Assembly: GCA_005881085.1 (NCBI GenBank)
Contig: VBGU01000001.1
Coordinates: 1-33,490, forward strand
Direction: 5' to 3'
Length of the DNA stretch: 33,490 nt
Source: Chloroflexota bacterium
GTDB lineage: Bacteria; Chloroflexota; Limnocylindria; P2-11E
Part shown: positions 8,481 to 16,502 of the stretch, in pieces
Layout: every line of letters begins with the position of its first letter
How positions within the stretch are numbered: the first letter of the stretch is position 1
Made by a program: the position numbers and the translations under genes
The notes under the pieces: generated by a model
The model's input: the letters and a program-made list of their open reading frames with translations, nothing else
Database searches by the model: none
What the model was told of the DNA's origin: nothing

Positions 8481-9389
8481 ATGCCCCGATCGGTTCTCAC
8501 GCCGCTTGCCGCGTTCAGCGTCGCGCTTGCGTGGAGCGGTGGGTGGATCGCGGGAAAGCTGGGCGTCGCGAGCGCGCCCCCGCTCGAGTTCTCGGCGATC
8601 CGCTTCATCATCGCGTCCGGGGCGCTCGCGTTCATCGTCGTGGCGACGCGGACTCGCATCCGAAGAGACGCGCTCGGCCCGGTCGTTCTGTCCGCGATCT
8701 TCGGCTACCTCGGCTATAACGCGTTCGTTTTCGTCGGCCTGACGATGGCGCCGGCATCCGATGCCGCGCTCATCGTGCCGACGACGATCCCGGTCCTCAC
8801 CGCGATCGCGGCGTCGTTCTTCGGCGAGCGGGTCACCACGACGAAGGTCGCGGGGTTCGCGCTCGCGTCGATCGGTGCGGCGCTCGTGATCGCAGCCGGG
8901 CAGACCGGCGGCGAGGTCTCGTCGCAGCGCCTCCTGGGCGATGTGCTTCTGCTCGTGGGTGCGGTGTGCTGGTCGATCTACACGGTGCTCGGGACGATCA
9001 CGCTCCGCACGCGCTCGCCGATCGAGGTGGTCGCGCTCGCCGCCGCGATCGGCGCGCTGCTGCTTCTGCCGTTCGGGTTTCTCGAACAGGGCTACCGCGA
9101 CGTCCCGACCTGGAGCGCGGGTGTGTGGGTCGACGTCCTCTTCTTAGCGCTCGTCGTCACGGTCGGGAGCTTCACCCTCTTCTATTGGGTCGTGCGGCGT
9201 GTCGGGGCGGGGATAGCCTCGATGTCCTCGTATTTCGTGCCTGTTCTCACGCTTGCGCTGGCGGTCGTGCTGCTTGGCGACCGGCCGGAGGCGCTTCAGC
9301 TCGTGGGAGGGCTTGTCATCCTGGCAGGCGTGCGTCTGGCGACTCTCCGGCTGCGCGAAGGCCAGCCTGTGCCGGAGGGCGCCGCCTAA
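8481..9389 (+). CDS. EamA/DMT-family transporter
   Basis: 302 aa, about 10 TM segments arranged as two EamA-like halves. Gly/Ala/Leu-rich, with a typical DMT length. Confidence 0.85.
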   Translation: MPRSVLTPLAAFSVALAWSGGWIAGKLGVASAPPLEFSAIRFIIASGALAFIVVATRTRIRRDALGPVVLSAIFGYLGYNAFVFVGLTMAPASDAALIVPTTIPVLTAIAASFFGERVTTTKVAGFALASIGAALVIAAGQTGGEVSSQRLLGDVLLLVGAVCWSIYTVLGTITLRTRSPIEVVALAAAIGALLLLPFGFLEQGYRDVPTWSAGVWVDVLFLALVVTVGSFTLFYWVVRRVGAGIASMSSYFVPVLTLALAVVLLGDRPEALQLVGGLVILAGVRLATLRLREGQPVPEGAA

Positions 9390-9422
9390 CTCCTAGGGCG
9401 CTCGTATGACTTCGGACAGGCC

Positions 9423-10631
9423 ATGACGGACGCCGACCGCACTCCGGGTGACCAGAATTCGAGACACATGAGGCGCCTTGGAGCGCTTGCCGCGTTGGTG
9501 GTCCTGGCCGCGGCTTGTTCCTCCGCCGCACCGATCACCCCGCCCTCTTCTTCGCCCGCCGAGACGCAGTCCGCGACCCCGGCCGTCGAGATGGTCGACA
9601 AGCCCGTGGCGACCGCACCTGTCCCGACGCCGGCACCGCCTCTCCTGAGCGTGCCGGTCCTCACCCGGCCTGTCGTGACGCTCGATCGTCGCGCCTTCCC
9701 GATCGGACCCGTGCAAGGCTTCGTCGGCCCGTCCACCGACGACACGGGTCTGGTCGCGGCGAACATGCCCGAGATCGCGAGAACCTACGCCGACCTCCTC
9801 ACCAAGTACGCGAACCTTCCGCAAACGGGGCAGGCGGACCTTGACAACACGCGCATGCAATTCGAAGCGATGCATGCCGCACCACGCTACGTCGAGGTCT
9901 TGCGTCGCTGGCTCGCCTATCGCAGCGCCGACGACCATGTCACCGTCGAGATCCGTGACATCGCGCTCGACCGTGCGTACGCCAAACCCTGGGGGCGCCA
10001 GGCGATGATCGAGCTCCACTTCGTTCTGGTGGATCAACACACAGGCAGGATCAACGGCCCGAGTACGGAAGAGCGCCCGGTCAGGCTGCGCATGAGCGTC
10101 GCCGGGAACTGGCAGATCGTCGACGCCTTCGACGCGACTGCAGGCCGGTGGCTCGAGGGCGAGTCGCCGCGATACTCGGCCTTCTCCCTCGAGAACGAGG
10201 TCGCCGATGTCGTCGCCGAGTACCTGAGCGCAGAGAGCTTCGCGCCCGGGGTGTGGCCAAGCGGCGCGGTGAGGCCACCGACCACCGCCTTCTGGAAGGC
10301 GCGGAACGATGCGCTGAACGAGATGAACCGACTTTTCACGTCCGGGACTCTGGTCGACCGGCATTTCGAGGATGTGACCGCGCGCATCGTGCGTTTCGAC
10401 CCCGCCACGTACGTCGGGGACGGCGTGCTGACCGTGTCGGTCGCGGGAAAGCTCGTCGAGATCGCGGCGGACGGCACCAAACGCACCGTTCCGTTCACGC
10501 AGCCGCTCAAGTTCCTGCGCACGTACGGCGGCTCCGTGAGCTGGTTCGCGGCCGACGCGCAGGAGTCGGACGGCTCGTGGGATTCAGGCGGTGTTCTCGC
10601 GCTCTCGGAGATCGATCGGACATTCGGCTGA
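9423..10631 (+). CDS. Hypothetical secreted lipoprotein (Pro-rich linker plus two similar globular halves)
   Basis: Lipobox in MRRLGALAALVVLAAACSS. The internal ATG at 9468 may be the true start. It is followed by a Pro/Ala/Thr-rich linker and about 300 aa with no motif I can assign. Confidence 0.7.
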   Translation: MTDADRTPGDQNSRHMRRLGALAALVVLAAACSSAAPITPPSSSPAETQSATPAVEMVDKPVATAPVPTPAPPLLSVPVLTRPVVTLDRRAFPIGPVQGFVGPSTDDTGLVAANMPEIARTYADLLTKYANLPQTGQADLDNTRMQFEAMHAAPRYVEVLRRWLAYRSADDHVTVEIRDIALDRAYAKPWGRQAMIELHFVLVDQHTGRINGPSTEERPVRLRMSVAGNWQIVDAFDATAGRWLEGESPRYSAFSLENEVADVVAEYLSAESFAPGVWPSGAVRPPTTAFWKARNDALNEMNRLFTSGTLVDRHFEDVTARIVRFDPATYVGDGVLTVSVAGKLVEIAADGTKRTVPFTQPLKFLRTYGGSVSWFAADAQESDGSWDSGGVLALSEIDRTFG

Positions 10632-10641
10632 TGACCGTCTA

Positions 10642-10657
10642 GCCGGCGGTCGCCGGC
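10642..10657 (+). terminator. GC hairpin downstream of the lipoprotein gene (weak terminator candidate)
   Basis: GCCGGC-GGTC-GCCGGC perfect stem, 11 nt after the TGA at 10629-10631. No U-tract follows. Confidence 0.3.
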
Positions 10658-10717
10658 AAGCCCAGCTGAGGCCCCGCCCCATAAGGCCCCTACCCCTGGG
10701 CTCGCTCGCACGACCGG

Positions 10718-10724
10718 TATTAAT
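10718..10724 (+). promoter_or_regulatory. Candidate -10 element (TATTAAT) for the AAA+ gene
   Basis: The only AT-rich heptamer in a GC-rich spacer, 9-10 nt upstream of ATG 10734, with no SD. This implies a leaderless or near-leaderless mRNA. Confidence 0.3.
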
Positions 10725-10733
10725 CTCGCCCGC

Positions 10734-12218
10734 ATGGATCAGCGCACGTCACCCGAAGAGTTCGGCCTTCTCTTCAAGCGCTTCCTCGATGACATCGTCA
10801 ACCGCGCGGAGGTTCCCGAGGGGCCGCTCCTGAAGCGTCTCCGCGAGCATCTCGGCGGAGAGCTGACGCGGATGCCGGTGATCTCCGAGGAATTCGAGCG
10901 CTTCCAGCAGGCGAACCTGCAGGTCGCGATGGATGCGTACCTCGAGCAGCCCGGCCACAGCGCCGACCTCATCGGGCTCGCGGCGGAGAACAAGCGCAAC
11001 TGGGGGCTGGGCCTGTCGGACTTCGTTAACCGCGGGACCTCGCCCTACAGCCTCCGTCTCGCCGAGGGCCCAGTCGACTACGTCAACTTCCACCTCGACA
11101 ACGACCGGGTTCTTCCCGTCGTGCAATTCGGCCTCTACCTCGTGAAGGCCGACGGCGTGCCGCTCATCGCGTTCGTCACCGGACCGAACGAGAACATGGG
11201 CCCGCAGCGGGCCCGCGCGCGCGTCGAGGTGATGGCAGCGGATCGCGCGACCGCGCAGCGCTTCATTGCCGAGATCACGAACCTCATGAGCGAGCGCAAC
11301 GTCTACCGCGGCAAGGTCGTCTCGCTCGGGCCGCAGCAATTCGGCTTTGGCGCCCAGACGATCATCACGTTCCACCGGCTTCCAAAGGTGGCGCGCGATG
11401 ACGTGATCCTTCCAAGCGGTGTCCTCGATCGCATCGACCGCCACGCGATCGCGTTCAGCGAGCACGCCCTCCAACTCACGGCCTCAGGCCGCCCGGTCAA
11501 GCGCGGACTCCTGCTTTATGGCGCACCGGGTACCGGAAAGACGCTGACCGTCATGTATCTCGCCGGCCGAATGCACGGACGCACCGTGCTCCTCACGACC
11601 GGCCGAGGCCTGGGATTCATCAGCGCCGTCGCGCAGATGGCGCGAATCCTCGCGCCGAGTACAGTCGTCGTGGAGGACGTGGACCTCATCGCCCAGGAGC
11701 GCGGGATGCCTGGCGTGCAGACGCAGCCGCTGCTCTTCGAGCTCTTGAACGAGATGGATGGACTTCGGGACGACGTCGACGTGCTCTTCATCCTCACCAC
11801 CAACCGCCCGGACATACTCGAGCCGGCGCTCGCGGCACGGCCCGGCCGCGTTGACCTCGCGGTCCCCCTGCCGCTGCCTGACGCGGACGCGCGGCGCAGG
11901 CTGTTCGCGCTCTACGCGCGAGGCCTCGACATGATGGTCACCGATCTCGACAAGTTCATCGTCCGGACGGAGGGCGCGAGCCCCGCGTACATCAAGGAGC
12001 TGCTGCGGAAGGCGGCGGTCTTCGCGGCGATCGACGGCAACGGGGCGGGTCTGCGCGTCACGGACAGGCACCTCGACCAGGCGATGGACGAACTCACGGA
12101 GGGCGGGCGCCTCGCCGAGCGGATCACCGGGTTCACGCGGCCCGGCGAAGAAGGACCGCCACCCGGGCCGATGGGGCCGAGCGGGTTTCCAACAACCGTC
12201 GTGCGGAGAGCCGGCTAG
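10734..12218 (+). CDS. Classical-clade (BCS1-like) AAA+ ATPase with ~230-aa N-terminal domain of unknown function
   Basis: Walker A LLLYGAPGTGKT. Walker B of the ED type, VVVVEDVDLI, as in BCS1. Second region of homology ILTTNRPDILEPALAARPGRVD. Single AAA module. The N-terminal half has no motif I recognise. Confidence 0.88.
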   Translation: MDQRTSPEEFGLLFKRFLDDIVNRAEVPEGPLLKRLREHLGGELTRMPVISEEFERFQQANLQVAMDAYLEQPGHSADLIGLAAENKRNWGLGLSDFVNRGTSPYSLRLAEGPVDYVNFHLDNDRVLPVVQFGLYLVKADGVPLIAFVTGPNENMGPQRARARVEVMAADRATAQRFIAEITNLMSERNVYRGKVVSLGPQQFGFGAQTIITFHRLPKVARDDVILPSGVLDRIDRHAIAFSEHALQLTASGRPVKRGLLLYGAPGTGKTLTVMYLAGRMHGRTVLLTTGRGLGFISAVAQMARILAPSTVVVEDVDLIAQERGMPGVQTQPLLFELLNEMDGLRDDVDVLFILTTNRPDILEPALAARPGRVDLAVPLPLPDADARRRLFALYARGLDMMVTDLDKFIVRTEGASPAYIKELLRKAAVFAAIDGNGAGLRVTDRHLDQAMDELTEGGRLAERITGFTRPGEEGPPPGPMGPSGFPTTVVRRAG

Positions 12219-12868
12219 ACGTACTCGGGACGCGCGATCAGCAGACCGCTCTCGCGATACACCGGCAAAGCGAACGCGAAGCGGTCGACCTCGAGCGCGA
12301 GTTCGGCGTCGCGTCGCGGAAACCACTCCTCCCAGACCGTGTCGTCGCGCAGATCGAGCGACGCCTTCGCGATCTCACCGCGCAGGCGCGCCGCGATGAA
12401 TGCCGCGCCGAGCTCGTCCTCCTCGCTCCTCTCCTGAGCGGAGCTCCCCATGGCGACCACCGTGACCACGTCCGCGTTCGCGAGATACCGCGCCGTCGCG
12501 CTCGCGATCACGAGGCTGCCGAGGAGGACCTCCGCAGCTCCGGTCGCGGCGACGACACCCTGCGTGCCCGAGCTCGTGCGCTGCACCACGCGGCGTCCGG
12601 TGAGATCGAGCTTCTCGATCGCCGACGGCGAGTTGCCAACATCGAAGCCGGGGATCGGCCGGCCGCCGATCTCGCCGGTCAGAAAGAGGCGCGGATCGCG
12701 ACGCTTCATCGCAAGGGCCTGCTCGTGATCGGCGACGAGCACGATCTCGCGGGCCCCAGCCGCGATGCAGAACGCCGCGGTCGTGAAGGCGCGGAAGACG
12801 TCGACGATCACCGCGTGGCCCGTCGCCAAGCGAGCTCCCTCGAGCAGGGACGTGACGCGGACGTTCAG
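12215..12868 (-). CDS. 2-phosphosulfolactate phosphatase family protein (ComB-like)
   Basis: VIVDVFRAFTT and LTGEIGGRPIPGFDVGNSP motifs of the ComB family. The start is uncertain. Only CTG 12868 (CTGA overlap with the upstream stop) keeps the conserved N-terminal strand. The next canonical start is TTG 12829. The track's extension to 13447 overlaps the FAD gene and is rejected. Confidence 0.78.
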   Translation of the reverse strand: MNVRVTSLLEGARLATGHAVIVDVFRAFTTAAFCIAAGAREIVLVADHEQALAMKRRDPRLFLTGEIGGRPIPGFDVGNSPSAIEKLDLTGRRVVQRTSSGTQGVVAATGAAEVLLGSLVIASATARYLANADVVTVVAMGSSAQERSEEDELGAAFIAARLRGEIAKASLDLRDDTVWEEWFPRRDAELALEVDRFAFALPVYRESGLLIARPEYV

Positions 12869-14067
12869 AGAACTGCGGCCTTGAATGGCCGGCGTCCGCT
12901 CTGGAATCGCTCCAGCGAAAGGTCGCCGATGTCGATCGTGCGCGCGCGGCCGTCGAGCATCTCCTCGACGACGAGCTGTGCCGTCGCCGGCGCGTGCATG
13001 AAGCCGTGGCCGCTGAATCCCGCCGCGATGTAGAGGCCGGCAACACCGGGCACGGCACCGACGATGGGATGGTCGTCGGGCGTCATCTCGTAATAGCACG
13101 ACCACGAATCGACGATCCGCAGTTCCACGAACGCCGGGTGCCGCCACGCCGCGCGGGCCCGCACCCACGGCTCGAGCGACGCCGGAACCTCGAGCGGGGC
13201 GAACTCGCCGGGATACGCCGACGGCGCACCCGCGGGTCCCTTCTCTTCCTTCCCATCCGCGGTGAGGTTCGGCATCGCAAATCGCTGCGCGGCGCCCTTC
13301 GGCCGGAAGTGAAAGCCCGACTCCCACTCGATGGTCAGGGGAATGCGCGCGAGCTGCGGCAGCGGACCCGACTGCATGATCGAGCGCCGATAGGGCCAGA
13401 TCGGGACCGGCACCGCGGCGGTCGCCGCGAGCGCGGCCGTCCAGCAACCGGTGGCGAGGAGGACACGGTCCGCGCGCACGTCGCCGGCCCCGGTGCGCAC
13501 GCCGGTGACGCGATCCCCGTCGCGGAGGAGCGACTCGACCGCGACACCCTCGCGAAACGTCGCACCGTCGAGCTGAGCGGCGGCGGCGAACCCAGCGAGG
13601 GCCACGAGCGGATCGCCGTATCCGTCGCGCGCGCCGAAACGACCGCCGAACACGTCGTCCACGCGGATCCCGGGCACGAGCTCAGCGATCTCGATGCGGC
13701 TCACCATGCGAACGCCGGCGCGCATCCGCTCGTAGAGCGGCATCGGCAGACGCAGCTCGGCGACGCCGACCTCGGTGTTCGCGATGAAGAGGTAGCCGCG
13801 CTCCTCGAAGTCGTGGCGCGAGCCCGTGCGGTCCTCGAAGTTTCGCCAGAACGCGGTGGCGAGCTGCGACATGCGGATGTCGAGCTCGTCGACGAACTGA
13901 TGGCGGATGCCGCCGAGCCCGCCCTTCGTCGTCCCGGCGCCGAGCTGATCGCGCTCGAGGACGAGCACGTCAGTCTCGCCTCGGTCGCACAGGAAGAACG
14001 CGACCGCGGCGCCTATGACGCCACCGCCGACGACGATCGTCGACGCCGTCCGCGGAAGGTCGGTCAG
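12865..14067 (-). CDS. FAD-dependent oxidoreductase (DAO / sarcosine-oxidase-beta-like)
   Basis: IVVGGGVIGAAVAFFLCDRG dinucleotide fold, LGAGTTKGGLGGIR, and C-terminal GFSGHGFMHAPATA typical of the DAO family. Start is either CTG 14067 (CTGA overlap with the MBL stop) or GTG 14154, which would overlap the MBL gene by 91 nt. Confidence 0.82.
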   Translation of the reverse strand: MTDLPRTASTIVVGGGVIGAAVAFFLCDRGETDVLVLERDQLGAGTTKGGLGGIRHQFVDELDIRMSQLATAFWRNFEDRTGSRHDFEERGYLFIANTEVGVAELRLPMPLYERMRAGVRMVSRIEIAELVPGIRVDDVFGGRFGARDGYGDPLVALAGFAAAAQLDGATFREGVAVESLLRDGDRVTGVRTGAGDVRADRVLLATGCWTAALAATAAVPVPIWPYRRSIMQSGPLPQLARIPLTIEWESGFHFRPKGAAQRFAMPNLTADGKEEKGPAGAPSAYPGEFAPLEVPASLEPWVRARAAWRHPAFVELRIVDSWSCYYEMTPDDHPIVGAVPGVAGLYIAAGFSGHGFMHAPATAQLVVEEMLDGRARTIDIGDLSLERFQSGRRPFKAAVL

Positions 14068-14897
14068 CCGTCCACCTCGTCGAAGCGAAGCTTGCCCTCT
14101 GCCTCCGAGATGCGCCCGAACCGTGGGAGATCGTGCGTGAACCCGACGATCCACCGCTCATCGATCGCGCGCCGCAGGATCAGCTTCTTCGCGGCGAGCG
14201 TGTCGAGCGGGAACAGGTCGAACGCCGGGATCCACGGGAGAGGCAGATGGTGGCGGTCTGGCAAGAAATCGCTCGAGAAAAAGAGCGTCGTATCGCGGTC
14301 GGTCACGCGCACAGTCTGCGTGCCACGGGTGTGGCCCTGGACCCGGTCGAGGCGGACGCCCGGAAGTATTTCGACGGATTCGTCGATGAGCTCGAGCTTC
14401 CCCGCGGCCTCCAGCGGCGCGTAGTCGTCGGGGAGGTAGCTGCCGCGCGTCCGCTCGTTCGGGGCGATCGCATCCTCCCACTCGCGGCGCTGGAACACGT
14501 AGCTCGCCCGCGGAAACGTCGGGACGACCCGCTCGCCGTCGCGGTAGGTGTTGCCGCCGCAATGGTCGAAGTGCAGGTGCGTGTTGATGACGAGCGTCAC
14601 CTCCGCAGGCCGCACGCCGAGCGTCTTCAGCTCATCGAGGAGGCGCGGCGGATCTTCGATCCCGAAGTTTTGCTTCTGTTTATCGGTGAGCTTCGGCCCG
14701 GCGCCGGTCTCGACAAGGACGACGTGATCGGCGTCGCGGATGAGCAGGCAGTTCATGTCCATCGTCACGCGGTTGCGCTCGTCGGACTTCTTCTGCCGCT
14801 CCCAGAGCACCTTCGGGACGATGCCAAACATCGCGCCGCCGTCGAGCCGGAATACACCGTCGCTGAAGATCCGCACGTCGAAACGACCGATGCGCAC
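14064..14897 (-). CDS. MBL-fold metallo-hydrolase (lactonase/glyoxalase-II-like)
   Basis: HxHxDH motif in INTHLHFDHCGGN. N-terminal SDGVFRLDGGAMFGIVPKVLW typical of lactonase-like MBL proteins. GTG start. Confidence 0.85.
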   Translation of the reverse strand: MRIGRFDVRIFSDGVFRLDGGAMFGIVPKVLWERQKKSDERNRVTMDMNCLLIRDADHVVLVETGAGPKLTDKQKQNFGIEDPPRLLDELKTLGVRPAEVTLVINTHLHFDHCGGNTYRDGERVVPTFPRASYVFQRREWEDAIAPNERTRGSYLPDDYAPLEAAGKLELIDESVEILPGVRLDRVQGHTRGTQTVRVTDRDTTLFFSSDFLPDRHHLPLPWIPAFDLFPLDTLAAKKLILRRAIDERWIVGFTHDLPRFGRISEAEGKLRFDEVDG

Positions 14898-14918
14898 GAG
14901 GCGTCAGTATGGGCGGCC

Positions 14919-15335
14919 GTGGAGATACGCGACCTTCGCGAGAGCGACGGCGACGAGCTTCGCGCGCTTTGGCGCGCTTGCGGGATTCGCGACCGGCCGG
15001 GCGATGACGATGCGTCGCTCGCGGCAATGGCAGCTCGGAACCCGGGCCTGTGCATCGTCGGCTGCGACGGCGGTCGCATCGTGGCCTCCGCCCTCGCCGG
15101 CTTCGACGGCCGCCGCGGCTGGTTGTATCACGTCGCCACGCATCCCGAAGCGCGTCGCCGCGGGATCGCGACGCGTCTCGTGCATACGATCGAGGAGCGA
15201 CTCCGCGGCGTGGGCTGCCGCAAGCTCAACCTCATCGTCTGGGAGGGCGAGGAGGACGCGATCGCGTTCTGGGCAGGCATCGGCTACTACCGCGAGAAGA
15301 CCATCGAGTTTGCCAAAGTGCTCGTCACGGAGTGA
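14919..15335 (+). CDS. GNAT-family N-acetyltransferase (138 aa)
   Basis: Acetyl-CoA motif A HVATHPEARRRGIATRLV. GTG at 14919 is chosen. The upstream part of track ORF 14133..15335 is antisense to the MBL gene. Confidence 0.8.
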   Translation: MEIRDLRESDGDELRALWRACGIRDRPGDDDASLAAMAARNPGLCIVGCDGGRIVASALAGFDGRRGWLYHVATHPEARRRGIATRLVHTIEERLRGVGCRKLNLIVWEGEEDAIAFWAGIGYYREKTIEFAKVLVTE

Positions 15336-16087
15336 GCGGCATCGAGCCGGTCCAGAAGCAGTTCGGCCGCGCAGCGGCCGCGTACGTCGAGAGTCCGAAC
15401 CACGCGCGCGGAGAGGACCTCGACCGCATCGTCGCATTGGCGACCGACCACGGCGGCGAGCGCATCGTCGACGTCGGCACCGGCGTCGGTCACACGCTCC
15501 GCCGCGTCGCGCCGAGTTTTCGAGCCGCGGTCGGGGTCGACGCGACGCGCGAGATGCTCGAGGCGGGTCTGGGCGTCCTCGCGGGCGCCGGCGTGAAGAA
15601 CGCGCTGCTCATTCAGGCCGACGCGACCGCGCTGCCGATCGCGTCGGAATCGGCGGACGTCGTCACGTCGCGCCTCGCCGCACATCATTTCGCCGACGCG
15701 GCCGGCGCGTTCCGCGAGATCGCGCGGATCCTGCGACCCGGCGGGCTGTTCGTCCTCGTCGACAACTACGCGCCGGACGAGCCCGAGCTCCAGCGCTTCA
15801 TCAACGAGGTGGAGACGTTGCGCGACCCGTCGCACGTGCGGAATCACACGGTCGCCGGATGGCGCGGGCTGGTTGAGCGGGCCGGGCTGCGAACGACGGT
15901 CGACTCCGACACCGCGATCACGAAGCTCACCACCGAGAACTGGCTCGAGCGCTCGCAAACCCCGCCGGACCGAGCTGAGGAAGTGCGGCGGCGGCTGCGA
16001 ACGGCCTCGCCTTCCGCCGTCGCGGCGTTCCAAATCGCACGGACCACGTTCGCCGTGCGCAAGCTCATACTGATCGGACGTAAATGA
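15332..16087 (+). CDS. Class I SAM-dependent methyltransferase
   Basis: Motif I IVDVGTGVGH and post-I/II pattern DVVTSRLAAHHF...LRPGGLFVLVD. GTG at 15332 forms a GTGA overlap with the GNAT stop. Confidence 0.85.
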   Translation: MSGIEPVQKQFGRAAAAYVESPNHARGEDLDRIVALATDHGGERIVDVGTGVGHTLRRVAPSFRAAVGVDATREMLEAGLGVLAGAGVKNALLIQADATALPIASESADVVTSRLAAHHFADAAGAFREIARILRPGGLFVLVDNYAPDEPELQRFINEVETLRDPSHVRNHTVAGWRGLVERAGLRTTVDSDTAITKLTTENWLERSQTPPDRAEEVRRRLRTASPSAVAAFQIARTTFAVRKLILIGRK

Positions 16088-16497
16088 CCATTCCGGACCA
16101 GGACACCCGACGCGCGAAGCTGACCCCGATCCAGTACGCGGTGACCCAGGAGGCACGAACGGAGCCGCCATTCACGGGTGTGTACTGGGATCACCACGGC
16201 GAGGGGACGTATCGCTGCGTCGTCTGCGGCGATCCGCTTTTTGACTCGGGGACCAAATTCGAGTCGGGGACCGGCTGGCCGAGCTTCTACGACGTCGCCG
16301 AGAAGGGCCACGTCACGACCAAGGAGGATCGCTCCCTCGGGATGCGGCGCACCGAGGTCGAGTGTGGCAACTGCGGCGCGCATCTCGGGCATCTTTTCCC
16401 GGACGGTCCGGACCCGACGGGTATGCGGTATTGCATCAACTCGGCGGCCCTGGACTTCACGCCAAAAGACGTTCCCGGCGGTGAGTCCAAGCCCTAG
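16084..16497 (+). CDS. msrB: Peptide-methionine (R)-S-oxide reductase
   Basis: Two CxxC zinc pairs (CVVCGDPLF, CGNCGAHLGH), GWPSF and the catalytic RYCINS motif. ATGA overlap with the methyltransferase stop. Confidence 0.95.
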   Translation: MTIPDQDTRRAKLTPIQYAVTQEARTEPPFTGVYWDHHGEGTYRCVVCGDPLFDSGTKFESGTGWPSFYDVAEKGHVTTKEDRSLGMRRTEVECGNCGAHLGHLFPDGPDPTGMRYCINSAALDFTPKDVPGGESKP

Positions 16498-16502
16498 CGC
16501 GG

